IMG/VR virus record: IMGVR_UViG_3300046692_000091
Location: 248,001-312,000 of that record
DNA: 64,000 bases
Strand: one strand, 5' to 3'
Shown here piece by piece: positions 45,819 to 55,999 of this stretch. Numbering within the stretch: the first letter of the stretch is position 1; each line of letters begins with the position of its first letter. Below the pieces are notes generated by a model. That model worked only from the letters and a program-made list of their open reading frames with translations. It was not told where the DNA came from and ran no database searches. Position numbers and translations under genes: made by a program.

Positions 45819-46259
45819 ATGAGAACTGGTTTCCTTATCGCGCGCATCATGAAAGAACTGAGCGCACCATCCAACAACGATCGTCTGGCCCGTGCCATGT
45901 TCGTTGCCTCCGCTGTTGGTTATCACGTGCCACTGTGCATGGATAAAACTGCAGCCGAATGTGCCGACTCGCACATGAAAACTTTCCGTGACATCTGTGG
46001 TTCTGTAAATGAGAACCTGGCACTGGACACCAAGAAAGCACAAGACATTTTCCGTGAAGTTATCCGTATCCGTTTTGAACTGGTTAATGGTGTAATCGAT
46101 CCGGCCATCGTTCAAGCTGCACTGTGCTCTAGCTCCGCTGAAGATGGTCTGACTCGTCAAGAGTTCGCCATGTCCGAGTGGTTGTCTTCGCGTCCAGACT
46201 TTATCCGTTGCCAACTCGAAATTGCTGACGTGCTGAAACAGTCTACCGCTGAGGATTGA
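45819..46259 (+). CDS. conserved hypothetical (probable virion) protein
   Basis: 146 aa, AAGG RBS, in the structural operon. Confidence 0.65.
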   Translation: MRTGFLIARIMKELSAPSNNDRLARAMFVASAVGYHVPLCMDKTAAECADSHMKTFRDICGSVNENLALDTKKAQDIFREVIRIRFELVNGVIDPAIVQAALCSSSAEDGLTRQEFAMSEWLSSRPDFIRCQLEIADVLKQSTAED

Positions 46260-46561
46260 TGATGGTTGTCGCAAACGGAATCCCTCGCATTAATAAAGCA
46301 CATGCTGAGGCACTAATTGTTGATGAACATGTTCGCTACATTAGTGAGACACGTACAACGATTTGTTCAGTCCGTTTGATAAACGAACAGACAGTCACTG
46401 AGTTCGCTACTTGTGGTGTGGACCAAACATTCGACCCCATTAAGGGTCGAACTATTGCCCGCAAGAAAGTACTGAACGAAATCATCAAACACGAACACTA
46501 CCTATTACGGCAACGTCTCTACGAAGCCAAGAAGGAAAAAGAAAATGGATCAAGAACTTGA
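46259..46561 (+). CDS. N4 gp49/Sf6 gp66-family protein (Acb4-like nucleotide-sponge candidate)
   Basis: PRI....EALI......TTIC...L.N...V....C.....FD...GR.IAR......I...E.YLL..RLY matches the family pattern as recalled. Confidence 0.7.
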   Translation: MMVVANGIPRINKAHAEALIVDEHVRYISETRTTICSVRLINEQTVTEFATCGVDQTFDPIKGRTIARKKVLNEIIKHEHYLLRQRLYEAKKEKENGSRT

Positions 46562-47882
46562 GACTGGCCAACCCGCCACCTTTAAGGATATCTTTGCTGA
46601 AGCCACTGATGGCCTGCAGCAGATTGCACCAACCACTACCCCTGATGAGGAAGTCTCTTCTGATCTGTTAGAAGATCCTATCGATTACCCAATCGAGAAT
46701 CAGGCTGAGATGGTTACACTGATCGAAGAGCCTGCCCCAATGACAACAGACGTTATTGATGGCAACCTCCAACCAGAACTAGCGATCGCTGTAGAAGCGA
46801 TTAATGATCTGCTGGATCTGCATAGCACTATTAAAGTACACGGTGTTAGTTCTCATGACATGGCTGGTCTGGTGACTATTCAGAAGCGCATGATCGACAA
46901 CAACATCGCTTTACCTAAAGCATCCTTAGAAGAGTTCACTGGTTACTTTACTCCTGAACGCTCTCTGCTAAACCAAAAGGTCAGCTTGGAGAACATCGGT
47001 AAGGTTATCCTGGACACTATCAAGGCTTGGCTGAAGAAACTGATTGACCTGGTCATGTCTGGTTATCGTTGGGTTAAAGGTCTGAAGCAGAAACACGCTG
47101 TGCTAGATGCGCAACTGGTTAAAGCTCGTGACGTACTGATGAATGTACGTAAGATCTACATCAAGATGAAAACTCTGAATGGTGTACTGGGTAGCGAAGC
47201 AGCTAAAACAATGGCCGAGCTATCGGATACCATGTTACTGACTTCCTCATTGGAACGTAACCGTGTAACACTGTATGGTTTCTCTGATGACGCAGCTCTT
47301 AAGCAAGTGAAAGGCTTGTTCGAAGAAGCTCGTACCACCAGTAAAGCAGTTGCTGCTAAGATCACACAACTCGGTTCATTGATGGGTAACCAAGAGACTC
47401 CATCGGAAGATGATCTGAATACGTTGCATGATGTTGCTCTGGTATTGAGCGGCACTGAAGAAATGCTAGCTATCTCTGATGATCCTAATTATCTCCTGAC
47501 TAACCTCGGTAGTGACTTCTGGGATAAAGTAGAGAAGTTCCGTAGTGCCCAGATTATCGACTTCGATGACATGGTTAAACATTACGGTTCTGCTGCTGAT
47601 GCACTGGCTCGTATTCGTTCGATCAAAATCGAAGACCCACAACAAGCAGAATTTGCTCAGTCGGTTATCGATTCTATCACGACTGCGGTTGGTCGGTTGA
47701 ATACTATCATTAGTTTCTTCAACACAGCTGCCCAGTCACAAGTACGTGCCGCCAAGACTTATCGCGAGTACTACTCTAGCGCTATCGAGATCTTGCTGTT
47801 GGACTTCAAATCTAAGTCTCCTTCATCGGATTCTGTAAAAGAGATGAAGAAGATGATTGCTGAACTGCAATTGTTGAAATGA
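46545..47882 (+). CDS. inner-head protein paralog (phiKZ internal-protein-like)
   Basis: Acidic propeptide, ASLEE/VSLEN cleavage-type motifs, amphipathic IK.W.KKLI helix. Confidence 0.65.
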   Translation: MDQELETGQPATFKDIFAEATDGLQQIAPTTTPDEEVSSDLLEDPIDYPIENQAEMVTLIEEPAPMTTDVIDGNLQPELAIAVEAINDLLDLHSTIKVHGVSSHDMAGLVTIQKRMIDNNIALPKASLEEFTGYFTPERSLLNQKVSLENIGKVILDTIKAWLKKLIDLVMSGYRWVKGLKQKHAVLDAQLVKARDVLMNVRKIYIKMKTLNGVLGSEAAKTMAELSDTMLLTSSLERNRVTLYGFSDDAALKQVKGLFEEARTTSKAVAAKITQLGSLMGNQETPSEDDLNTLHDVALVLSGTEEMLAISDDPNYLLTNLGSDFWDKVEKFRSAQIIDFDDMVKHYGSAADALARIRSIKIEDPQQAEFAQSVIDSITTAVGRLNTIISFFNTAAQSQVRAAKTYREYYSSAIEILLLDFKSKSPSSDSVKEMKKMIAELQLLK

Positions 47883-47915
47883 CATAAACGGCTTCCCCTA
47901 GGGGAAGCCAATATG
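47883..47915. terminator. bidirectional hairpin element
   Basis: CATAAAC-ggcttcccc-TA-ggggaagcc-AATATG between convergent genes. Confidence 0.7.
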
Positions 47916-47920
47916 CCGTG

Positions 47921-50821
47921 TTATTCAGAAACTTTGTGTTCCAAGAAGTTAACAGTTACGTCATCTTCAATGGTCAACAATTGGTTAGCCAATACTACCA
48001 TCTTCTTACGGATAGACAACCGTACAGCATCGTCTTCTACCGTGATGATAGGATAATTCTCTGCACCACCCAAACCACTCAGTTCGTTAGCCAATACGTC
48101 ATCACCACTAGTGTCATCCAAACGGGTAACCATATTGGAACGCGAGATTGTCTTCAGCGAGATCTGATCATCCAAGATTTGTTTATCGTTATCAATCAAC
48201 GAAGGACGAATTGTAGAGTTAGTGTAAGCAGCAGGTTTCAACCAGTGGGTAATCGCAAAGGCTTGATCGATCTGAATCGTGGCACGTTGACCGTCACGTA
48301 CACTCACCACCGTATCACCGAAGGTTTGTGTTGGGTATACGAACAACTTAGCTTTCTCCAGTAGTCGGTTACCAATCTCTTCGATGTCTGAACGCAACCA
48401 GCTTACGAATTCCATTGGGATTTCTTTGCGGTATGATACAGCTGCTGTTTCAGTAGCGAAGTAGAACAAGCCATCGACCATCAAGATAGTTACTTCACGC
48501 AACAGTTTACGTGGAGCTACCAGGACTGGTTTATCATTCAACATGACTGGATCATACTTCATGTGAAGCCATTCTTGCACACCTTCTGCATTCAGTACAG
48601 GTGTACCTTTGGCATGGATCAAGTTCATAATGACTTCGCCATTAGGGCCGATGTCTATGACAGTGTTACCATTCTCATCTGTTTCGTAAATGTTCTCAGT
48701 CCAGATCTTAGGAACGTTCTCAGTCCATTTCTGGTAGTCTTCCTCACCCAACACAGAACGGTTACGACGCCAGATACGCGTCATGTCATAGCCCAGTGTA
48801 ATCTCCAGCCGTTCACGGGTTACCAGCATCCATTGGTTAGGCAACAGATGTGATTCAACCATGGCATCGATCTCGTTAGGCATATACCCAGGAGTCATCG
48901 AATCTACAACCAGAATCGAGATATCGAACTCGTTAGCTAGTTTGGTCTTGAAGTTAGTTTGAGCCGAAGAGAAGATCGACATGTTCGTAGTGAACAGCTC
49001 ACCACCAGTATCAAGATCGTAACTGGTATCGATATTGAATTCGAATACCCGTTCATTATTCTCAATGGCTACTTGGTGACCATTCACGGAAGCGAAGATA
49101 TTCTCGCCAGTAGGACGATAACCAATCTGACAAACAATCTGCGAGTCATCCAGTGACTGGAACTGTGCAGATGAACTCAAACGAATACGTACCAGATAAC
49201 CAGTAGGAGTCCGAGAGATTTCATAAGCATCTACAGTTGCCTGTAAGTTCGAGGTGTCGTTCTCACCTACGAAAGTCTTCTCGGTGATGACAGGACTATC
49301 GAGGTAATAAGGACGGAAGTCAAAGTTACCATCAGTAGCATCCATCACATAGTGGAATGGCGAATACACAAACCGCGATTCGTTAACCAAACGAGAGATG
49401 TCTTCTGGATCGGAAGCAATGATGCTTGCAAGTTCTGAATCGGGAACCATAGAAACTTTACCACTGGCGAATCGATATAACATCGACGGCAGGATAGTAA
49501 TACGTTCACCGTTGTCTGCAGTATGTGCAGAAGCGGCAATAGATTCCATGTTGATACGTAGCTGAGACATTACACAACCCGCACCAGACACTACGTCAAG
49601 AGCTTGAGGCTTACCCAAACGGCGAGAGGCCAGGAATTGTCGATCGGTAATGTTGTCGATGTTGGATACCAGCGTGTACCCACGTTGATCGAGTTTCGCC
49701 ACCATCTGTACATCAGTAATGGGTAGATCCGGATCGCCCATTGTGTTGTCAATGGCACGATCTCGAAGAGTAACGAAATCCAAGGCATTGGCCCCACCTG
49801 TCACGCGGTTAAGGTTCAGTGCTTGCTTGATACTGAATGTGTTAAGTGGAGATACGTAAGTAGTGTCATCATCGATAGGGTTAAACATCGCCTGGAATTG
49901 ATCAGGACGGAAGTCGGCCATCGATACATCTAATGCACCTTGTGAGGTATAGATGTCAACTCGGATCTTACCTGTAGCCATACCAGTGTTAGTATAGACC
50001 GTAGGGATAGCTACCTGTAGTGATTGACCAACCACACGCAGAACAGCAGTAACCTTCAATGGGTTGTATACTTGATCAGTGTGAGTAGTTAGGATTTCAA
50101 CCCAAGGGGAATTGGTACCACCATCATTCAGGTATACCCGAGCAAAGTAAAACTTATCACTGAAAGCATAAGCGTGTTCAAACAGAGTCGCTGGGCTTAG
50201 TGCATCGGTATTCGTTTGAATACGGAATTGCTTAACCGGGATCTTCAGACGAACCACTCGGTTCCGCTGCATGCGCAACATGTCCCACTTAACTTGGTTG
50301 GTCTTCAATGTTTCTACAGGAGATACCGAAGTGCCATCGTAGACGATCTGTAAGCCACCATGACGTAGTACCCGTAGTTCAATCGGATATTGCATAGTGA
50401 ATGGAATCGTACCACCCAGGAATTGAGTCAAGCGAGGAATGACTAGTTTACGTGCACCTTGATCACCATAAGGAACAGCTTTCTGAATGATCTCTTCATA
50501 ACCGAGATACAGTTGGAACTCAGTTGTTGCAGGCGTACTGAATCGACCGATGTAATCATCCGACGACATGTGGTAATAAGTCTCTTCCTGGGTCAAAGCC
50601 ATCCGTGCGTTTAGTTTACGCATCTGGGCTTCCATCTCAGTAATGGCCATGGTCACACCGAGCGTACCGCATTCCATAGAAGCTACGAATGGGATAGTCG
50701 CATCAGGGACATCGTAAATACCTTTGCCTTGGAGTTGTTGATCGAGTTCCTCCAGAGCAATCTGCTGCATCTGGCTAGGGTTACGTCGAGCATTATAAAT
50801 CCGATCTTTATATTGACTCAT
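47921..50821 (-). CDS. virion structural protein, phiKZ gp87-like (baseplate wedge gp6/J-like by inference)
   Basis: 966 aa; GGANALDFVTLRDRAI resembles the baseplate J motif; synteny. Confidence 0.7.
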   Translation of the reverse strand: MSQYKDRIYNARRNPSQMQQIALEELDQQLQGKGIYDVPDATIPFVASMECGTLGVTMAITEMEAQMRKLNARMALTQEETYYHMSSDDYIGRFSTPATTEFQLYLGYEEIIQKAVPYGDQGARKLVIPRLTQFLGGTIPFTMQYPIELRVLRHGGLQIVYDGTSVSPVETLKTNQVKWDMLRMQRNRVVRLKIPVKQFRIQTNTDALSPATLFEHAYAFSDKFYFARVYLNDGGTNSPWVEILTTHTDQVYNPLKVTAVLRVVGQSLQVAIPTVYTNTGMATGKIRVDIYTSQGALDVSMADFRPDQFQAMFNPIDDDTTYVSPLNTFSIKQALNLNRVTGGANALDFVTLRDRAIDNTMGDPDLPITDVQMVAKLDQRGYTLVSNIDNITDRQFLASRRLGKPQALDVVSGAGCVMSQLRINMESIAASAHTADNGERITILPSMLYRFASGKVSMVPDSELASIIASDPEDISRLVNESRFVYSPFHYVMDATDGNFDFRPYYLDSPVITEKTFVGENDTSNLQATVDAYEISRTPTGYLVRIRLSSSAQFQSLDDSQIVCQIGYRPTGENIFASVNGHQVAIENNERVFEFNIDTSYDLDTGGELFTTNMSIFSSAQTNFKTKLANEFDISILVVDSMTPGYMPNEIDAMVESHLLPNQWMLVTRERLEITLGYDMTRIWRRNRSVLGEEDYQKWTENVPKIWTENIYETDENGNTVIDIGPNGEVIMNLIHAKGTPVLNAEGVQEWLHMKYDPVMLNDKPVLVAPRKLLREVTILMVDGLFYFATETAAVSYRKEIPMEFVSWLRSDIEEIGNRLLEKAKLFVYPTQTFGDTVVSVRDGQRATIQIDQAFAITHWLKPAAYTNSTIRPSLIDNDKQILDDQISLKTISRSNMVTRLDDTSGDDVLANELSGLGGAENYPIITVEDDAVRLSIRKKMVVLANQLLTIEDDVTVNFLEHKVSE

Positions 50822-51897
50822 TGTGGTGTCTCTTGAGTAGGATTCTGGGTAGTTGTAGGAGCCGGAGCTTGTTTAACGTTGCCCGCTTTCAAAGCTTCGT
50901 ATTCATCCTTAGGTACCCACCATTCCAGTTCCATGTTGATTGGATTGATACGGGGATAAGCCCGATAGTTGAAGTATGCTTTCTCCCAAGGGAATAATAG
51001 ATGCATCACGTTATCGCGATTGTCATCATTCATTGCCGGGTTAAAGTCTTGCTGTAAATCGTTAAACTCAAAGATCAGAATGTGGTCGTAAGTAGTAACA
51101 CCATTACAACGGTAACTAAAGTTTAACTGGCTTGAGATAACTTGTGAACCTGTTTCAGAACCATCACCTGTGTAGTTAGCAATCTCACCGGTAGGAGCAT
51201 TCTCAGGGGTAGCTGCACCACAAGCAAAGATACGTGTAACGTAAGTACGAGTCTGGTCCATAACCAGTCGGTAGATCCGAGTATCGTAATCACGTTCATT
51301 CATCATTACCAATTCTGGGTAAGGCATCGTACGACCTTCCTTACCTAGACCCTGTGCCAACAACCACATGTAATGCATCAATGTTACAGGGTCACCTTCA
51401 ATGTTACGATACGTCGCTTGGAGCGTAAACGTTTCGTATTGGTATGGTACGTCATCTACATAAGCCATCGAGTCACGGTAGATACCAGCGGTGGTTGTAG
51501 ACATGTTAATAGTGAAGTCTGGCCAACCATTTAAAGAAATAAGGTTGTTAGACAGAATGGGAATAAAAGGAGACAGTGGATCGACCAAAGAACTTTTAAG
51601 TCTGTTTTCTACTTGAGTAGCAGACCATGGATCAAGCGTTACCCGTACTAATCTTTCAAGGCAATCTTGGTCTTCCCGTAACAACATAGACAACCTTCGG
51701 TCAACCATGCAGTTATCGTATGATAAATTGAACAGCGGTTTCGTAAAGAACGTATAACCATGGTTCTCAGTGTTTTGTAGGAGCGGAGCATTTCGCCCTA
51801 AGATGTTGATGCCGAACGCCGCGTTGCTCAGTGCCTGGTTGCGTGGGACTTGTCCAATATTTTGTGCAATTTTCTCGATGTAACTATTTACTGACAT
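50818..51897 (-). CDS. virion structural protein, phiKZ gp88-like
   Basis: 359 aa, N.ENHGYTFFT.P..NLS.DN; ATGA coupling to the gp87-like gene. Confidence 0.7.
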   Translation of the reverse strand: MSVNSYIEKIAQNIGQVPRNQALSNAAFGINILGRNAPLLQNTENHGYTFFTKPLFNLSYDNCMVDRRLSMLLREDQDCLERLVRVTLDPWSATQVENRLKSSLVDPLSPFIPILSNNLISLNGWPDFTINMSTTTAGIYRDSMAYVDDVPYQYETFTLQATYRNIEGDPVTLMHYMWLLAQGLGKEGRTMPYPELVMMNERDYDTRIYRLVMDQTRTYVTRIFACGAATPENAPTGEIANYTGDGSETGSQVISSQLNFSYRCNGVTTYDHILIFEFNDLQQDFNPAMNDDNRDNVMHLLFPWEKAYFNYRAYPRINPINMELEWWVPKDEYEALKAGNVKQAPAPTTTQNPTQETPQ

Positions 51898-51932
51898 TTT
51901 AATACTCTCTATTTTCTAAAAGGAAGAGACAC

Positions 51933-53207
51933 ATGGTAGCTCCAGTTTTAGCTGCTGCAGCCGCAGTCGCTACGTCATCCGCTGCTCAGATCGCCGGTAA
52001 CGCGCTGATGCAGACTGTATTAAACCTGGCTAAGAATGGCCTGCAAGTTTCTTCGCTTGCCGATCTTACCAAACCAGCACGTGTAGAACCGCTAGCAATC
52101 GTTGACTCAACTTTGATTGAACAGCCCTACATGGTTTCATTACTGAAGCTGGCAACATCTAATTTTGCAGGTTACTACCTGCAGGCAGTAAACATGATCC
52201 TGGGCGTAGGCCGGATCGATACCCTTAAGGTATTGGACTCTCTAAACCCTGATCGTACCCTGGGTTTCGACATCAGCAAGATGTCGACTAAGGGCACACC
52301 TAGTAATGAATGCTACGTTGCTTCTGCTTATGATCCTCGCGTCTATGCTAATGGCTTACCTTCGCTCGAAAGCTTCTCTCGCCGTATTCGGCCATCACTT
52401 CTGTTTTCATTGGAAGCCTATGGTGATGAAGACATCAAGAAAGTTGAAGAGTTCGCAGGCAAAGCAGTAGACGCCGCAGATAAGAAAGCCGCTGAAGCAG
52501 CCAAGGCTGGTTGGGGTGAAGGTACTGGTTCGCCTAAGAGCGGAATGTCGGCTGGCGATAACAAGATCCATGAGATCGAAAACCTGGCTGTTGGTAAACT
52601 GTTGAACGTCGAAATCACTGACGGTACTAAGACAGCTAAGCTTCCAGTTCTGATTCGTATGATCCCGGCAGCTGTTCCACCTGCGTCGTTGGTTCATATG
52701 TTTAGTGCTGGCGGACGCGATAGCTGGGCTCAGCGTATGTTCATGGTACAAACTGGTCAGATCAAATTCTGGCGTGACTTTGTACTGGGTCAGGATATGA
52801 TCGATGAGCATTTCCGTGCTTTGATGAACGATAAGTCTGGCGTGTTCAAGATGATCACTGACCGTCGTCGTAATAACTCGCAGAAAGCTTTGCAGACTGG
52901 CCGTGTATCGATTGCTGATGCTTCTAACGTTGCTATCGTTTCTACCGAAACCCTGAAGATGGCTACCGGTAAGTTGTTCGGTAAGATCGAACAAGAATCC
53001 GTACGTAAGGCTATCTTCGATAACAGCTACCTGCTGATGCTGATCGTTGTTGACGAACGCTGGCAGCGTGTGCAGATCTGGCACCGTGGTGTTGATCTGG
53101 CTACTACACACAAGTTCGATGAAATCGAACGGATGGAAAAATCGAAAGGCCCTGACATCACTGAAATGTTCAAGATGTTCAGTCGCTCCATGCAAACCAA
53201 TCTGTAA
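51933..53207 (+). CDS. inner body/head protein, phiKZ gp89-like
   Basis: SLADLTKPARVEP, ENLAVGKL, PSLES/FSLEA cleavage-type motifs. Confidence 0.75.
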   Translation: MVAPVLAAAAAVATSSAAQIAGNALMQTVLNLAKNGLQVSSLADLTKPARVEPLAIVDSTLIEQPYMVSLLKLATSNFAGYYLQAVNMILGVGRIDTLKVLDSLNPDRTLGFDISKMSTKGTPSNECYVASAYDPRVYANGLPSLESFSRRIRPSLLFSLEAYGDEDIKKVEEFAGKAVDAADKKAAEAAKAGWGEGTGSPKSGMSAGDNKIHEIENLAVGKLLNVEITDGTKTAKLPVLIRMIPAAVPPASLVHMFSAGGRDSWAQRMFMVQTGQIKFWRDFVLGQDMIDEHFRALMNDKSGVFKMITDRRRNNSQKALQTGRVSIADASNVAIVSTETLKMATGKLFGKIEQESVRKAIFDNSYLLMLIVVDERWQRVQIWHRGVDLATTHKFDEIERMEKSKGPDITEMFKMFSRSMQTNL

Positions 53208-53222
53208 TAAAGGACAGCCACA

Positions 53223-54113
53223 ATGAGACTGCTCGAATATGTCGGTTCCTTAGCTCCATTCAAAGAGCGTAAGGACCTGCTTAACCAAATCGCTGACCTG
53301 GAAGATGAATATGATTCCACGGTAGCTCCCCTGCTTTCTGAAGTCCGTGACCTGATCCTGTCTGTTGAAGTTAAATCCCAGATTGGTCAGAAGTACATTG
53401 GTGCGATGCAACGTGCGGTTAACTACCGTGGTAACTTTCTAGAACTGTTCTTCAAGTCGATGGAAACCGTTCGCGGTAACCTAGGCATGGTCGTACAAGA
53501 AATCCGCCGTCTGTTTGCTTTCCAGTTTACCAACACCAATCTGACTATTAACCGTGCCAACATTCTGAAGTACGTTGATGCTCTGAGTTTTTACATCCGT
53601 TGGGGTCGTAAGTTCATGTTGTTCTTGGTTACTCAAGAATCGCAAGCTCGTGGTAAAGCGGCACCGTCGCATTGGTCCCCTGCTGAAACCGATTGGGTTC
53701 AGTCTAACATGGATCAATTCATCGGTCTGTATCCAGCAATGATTCTGACTCCTAATGAACTGAAACAAAAGTTCAATCAGGCTTCGGATGCTGAGATCAA
53801 TGCAGAGACCTACGATCTGGCTACCCGTTCGTTGGGTGATGCTAAGATGGACCCACTACGGATGTCTGGCTTCTCCCCACAACAGAACCCGTTCTTAACA
53901 CTCGGTAAGTATATTGCTGAATGGCGTATTGCTCGGTACAAGGCTGCTCAAGAAGAGTACCATGCACTGCAACACCGTCTGTTGGAACTACGTGGTCAAC
54001 TGCAAGGCGATCCAGCTTCTCCAGTTCTACAACGTCAGATCAAGATGTACGAAGAGCGTCTGTCCGAGTACGAATTTGACATCAACGCTACCGAAGCGGA
54101 TGCTCGCGGTTAA
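53223..54113 (+). CDS. inner body/head protein, phiKZ gp90-like
   Basis: 296 aa, downstream of the gp89-like gene; C-terminal coiled coil. Confidence 0.7.
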   Translation: MRLLEYVGSLAPFKERKDLLNQIADLEDEYDSTVAPLLSEVRDLILSVEVKSQIGQKYIGAMQRAVNYRGNFLELFFKSMETVRGNLGMVVQEIRRLFAFQFTNTNLTINRANILKYVDALSFYIRWGRKFMLFLVTQESQARGKAAPSHWSPAETDWVQSNMDQFIGLYPAMILTPNELKQKFNQASDAEINAETYDLATRSLGDAKMDPLRMSGFSPQQNPFLTLGKYIAEWRIARYKAAQEEYHALQHRLLELRGQLQGDPASPVLQRQIKMYEERLSEYEFDINATEADARG

Positions 54114-54124
54114 GGGGTATCACC

Positions 54125-54646
54125 ATGGGTACGAATTCAGTTAAAATGAATAACGAATACTCTGGTGGCCAGGCACAATCACAACGTCGCTACATCACAA
54201 GTGTACGCGACGAACGTGTGCGTGATCTGTTCCAAGAGTATACCACTTTCCCTACACGCGCTGTGTGCTGGGAATTCCGTCGTCGAGTAATCCTCGAAGC
54301 GAAACGTTTGTTCGGGGGTAACTATAACTGGTTCATCCTGCAGGACAATAACGCACAACGGATCGACTGGAACTACAAGTTCCTATTGGATACCATTCGC
54401 TTCATTGCCACTGGCCGTCGTGAACTGAGCATCCATAGCTGGCCGATGATGTTGTCTGATGAACCACCTACCGGTTTGCAACTCATCGGTGGTCGTTCTG
54501 ATGTGCAAGACCTTTTCAAACAACTGGCACTGTCTACCTCTATTGAAGCAATGCTTCAGTCCTGGTGCATGCAGCCAAAAGGCTTTGACGATTTGATGTT
54601 CACCTTACACATGCTGTTTGGTAAAGCAACCGTCCGAGTCAAATAG
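54125..54646 (+). CDS. conserved hypothetical protein (gp91-like by synteny)
   Basis: 173-aa ORF in the head operon. Confidence 0.65.
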   Translation: MGTNSVKMNNEYSGGQAQSQRRYITSVRDERVRDLFQEYTTFPTRAVCWEFRRRVILEAKRLFGGNYNWFILQDNNAQRIDWNYKFLLDTIRFIATGRRELSIHSWPMMLSDEPPTGLQLIGGRSDVQDLFKQLALSTSIEAMLQSWCMQPKGFDDLMFTLHMLFGKATVRVK

Positions 54647-54655
54647 GAGTCAACA

Positions 54656-55999
54656 ATGGTTGGTGCAACCAATGCGATTGCTCCAGAGACCCCTAAATCA
54701 GTCGACGGGGTAGAACCCGTCGATATGATCGCCTCGCTCGAACATCAGTTCGATTCTCTGGAAGAACGCACAGAGGCAACGCTACGTAAGTTAGCCCAAA
54801 GCTTGTCCTTCGGTGTTGCGTTGGAAGCTCAACGGTTAGACCCCGATGCTGGAATGTTCCAATATGCCCTGGAAAAGTATTCGACTGTAGCTCCTAATGA
54901 GTACCTCTCAATGGAGGACATTTCGAATGCGTCTAAGAAAGTATGGGACAAATCAGTAGAGTCATTAAAGCAACTACAAGCTGAAACAATCGAGTATGCC
55001 CGAGTGATTAACTTAGGTAGTGATCGATTGGTTGAAAAGACCAACATGTTGTACGAGCAATCAACTGCGATTAAAACCCCTCCTTATAAGACCGAGTTTA
55101 CTCTGAAGTCCCCTAAGAAGTTCGTGATCGATGGCCGATATGAACCGAAGGATGTCACACGAATTATTTCGTTGGCTAACTCGGCATTTGCTTTCCACGA
55201 TAAGATCTTTATCCAGTTCATGGAAACGGTAGCTAAGATCTTTGACAAGCTTTCATTCAACAGTGACTTCGCTGAGGAAGAAGGTATTGACTTTGCTAAG
55301 TTCTCTACGATCTCTTGGATGACTAAAGCTGAGCCTATCGAGAAAGATGATCGTTTCCGTGTGGGTTCTCCTTTGTTCCGTACTCCTGCTGTACAAGGCA
55401 ATAAAGCCCTGTATGCTTCGGGTCCGGGTGAAGCAAAAGAGAATGAACTACAGAACTGGACATATCTGGTTAATACTGTTCGAGACTTCTCGTTCCGTTA
55501 TTACACTGTGCGTGAACTCAAGCCTGCTAACCAAGAAGCTCTGATTGTTGAAGTTAAGTCTATTGACGATGTACGTAAACGACTAAGCCAATTGTTAGCT
55601 ATCTCGAAACGATTCCAGTCACGGAAAGGTTACGAGTCTAAGCTAGCCCAAGCACTCCGTCGGATTCAGATCACAGGTGAGAAGGTTCGTACTAAAGCTG
55701 GCCAGTTCAAAGTTGAAGAAGAAGATACACCCACGGACGATAAACCAAAAGACGACATAAAAGAAAAATCGACGAAAGGGCGTCCACCTATCTCGGATAT
55801 TATCCAGTCGATTACTTTGATGATTAACAACGTCGCTCGGATGGTCACTGATTACAACAACGCCATGGCTGGTATTCTTAGGACGCTTGGTGGATTAACG
55901 TATGTTGCTGAATTGGAACTAAGGGCTTTCCAACCTCCACTTCGCAAACCTACTCCAAATGAAATTGAAGGTACACCAAATGCACAACCTCGAACTTGA
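54656..55999 (+). CDS. head protein, phiKZ gp92-like
   Basis: 447 aa, ASLEH/VALEA/LSMED motifs, TAGGAG RBS. Confidence 0.7.
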   Translation: MVGATNAIAPETPKSVDGVEPVDMIASLEHQFDSLEERTEATLRKLAQSLSFGVALEAQRLDPDAGMFQYALEKYSTVAPNEYLSMEDISNASKKVWDKSVESLKQLQAETIEYARVINLGSDRLVEKTNMLYEQSTAIKTPPYKTEFTLKSPKKFVIDGRYEPKDVTRIISLANSAFAFHDKIFIQFMETVAKIFDKLSFNSDFAEEEGIDFAKFSTISWMTKAEPIEKDDRFRVGSPLFRTPAVQGNKALYASGPGEAKENELQNWTYLVNTVRDFSFRYYTVRELKPANQEALIVEVKSIDDVRKRLSQLLAISKRFQSRKGYESKLAQALRRIQITGEKVRTKAGQFKVEEEDTPTDDKPKDDIKEKSTKGRPPISDIIQSITLMINNVARMVTDYNNAMAGILRTLGGLTYVAELELRAFQPPLRKPTPNEIEGTPNAQPRT

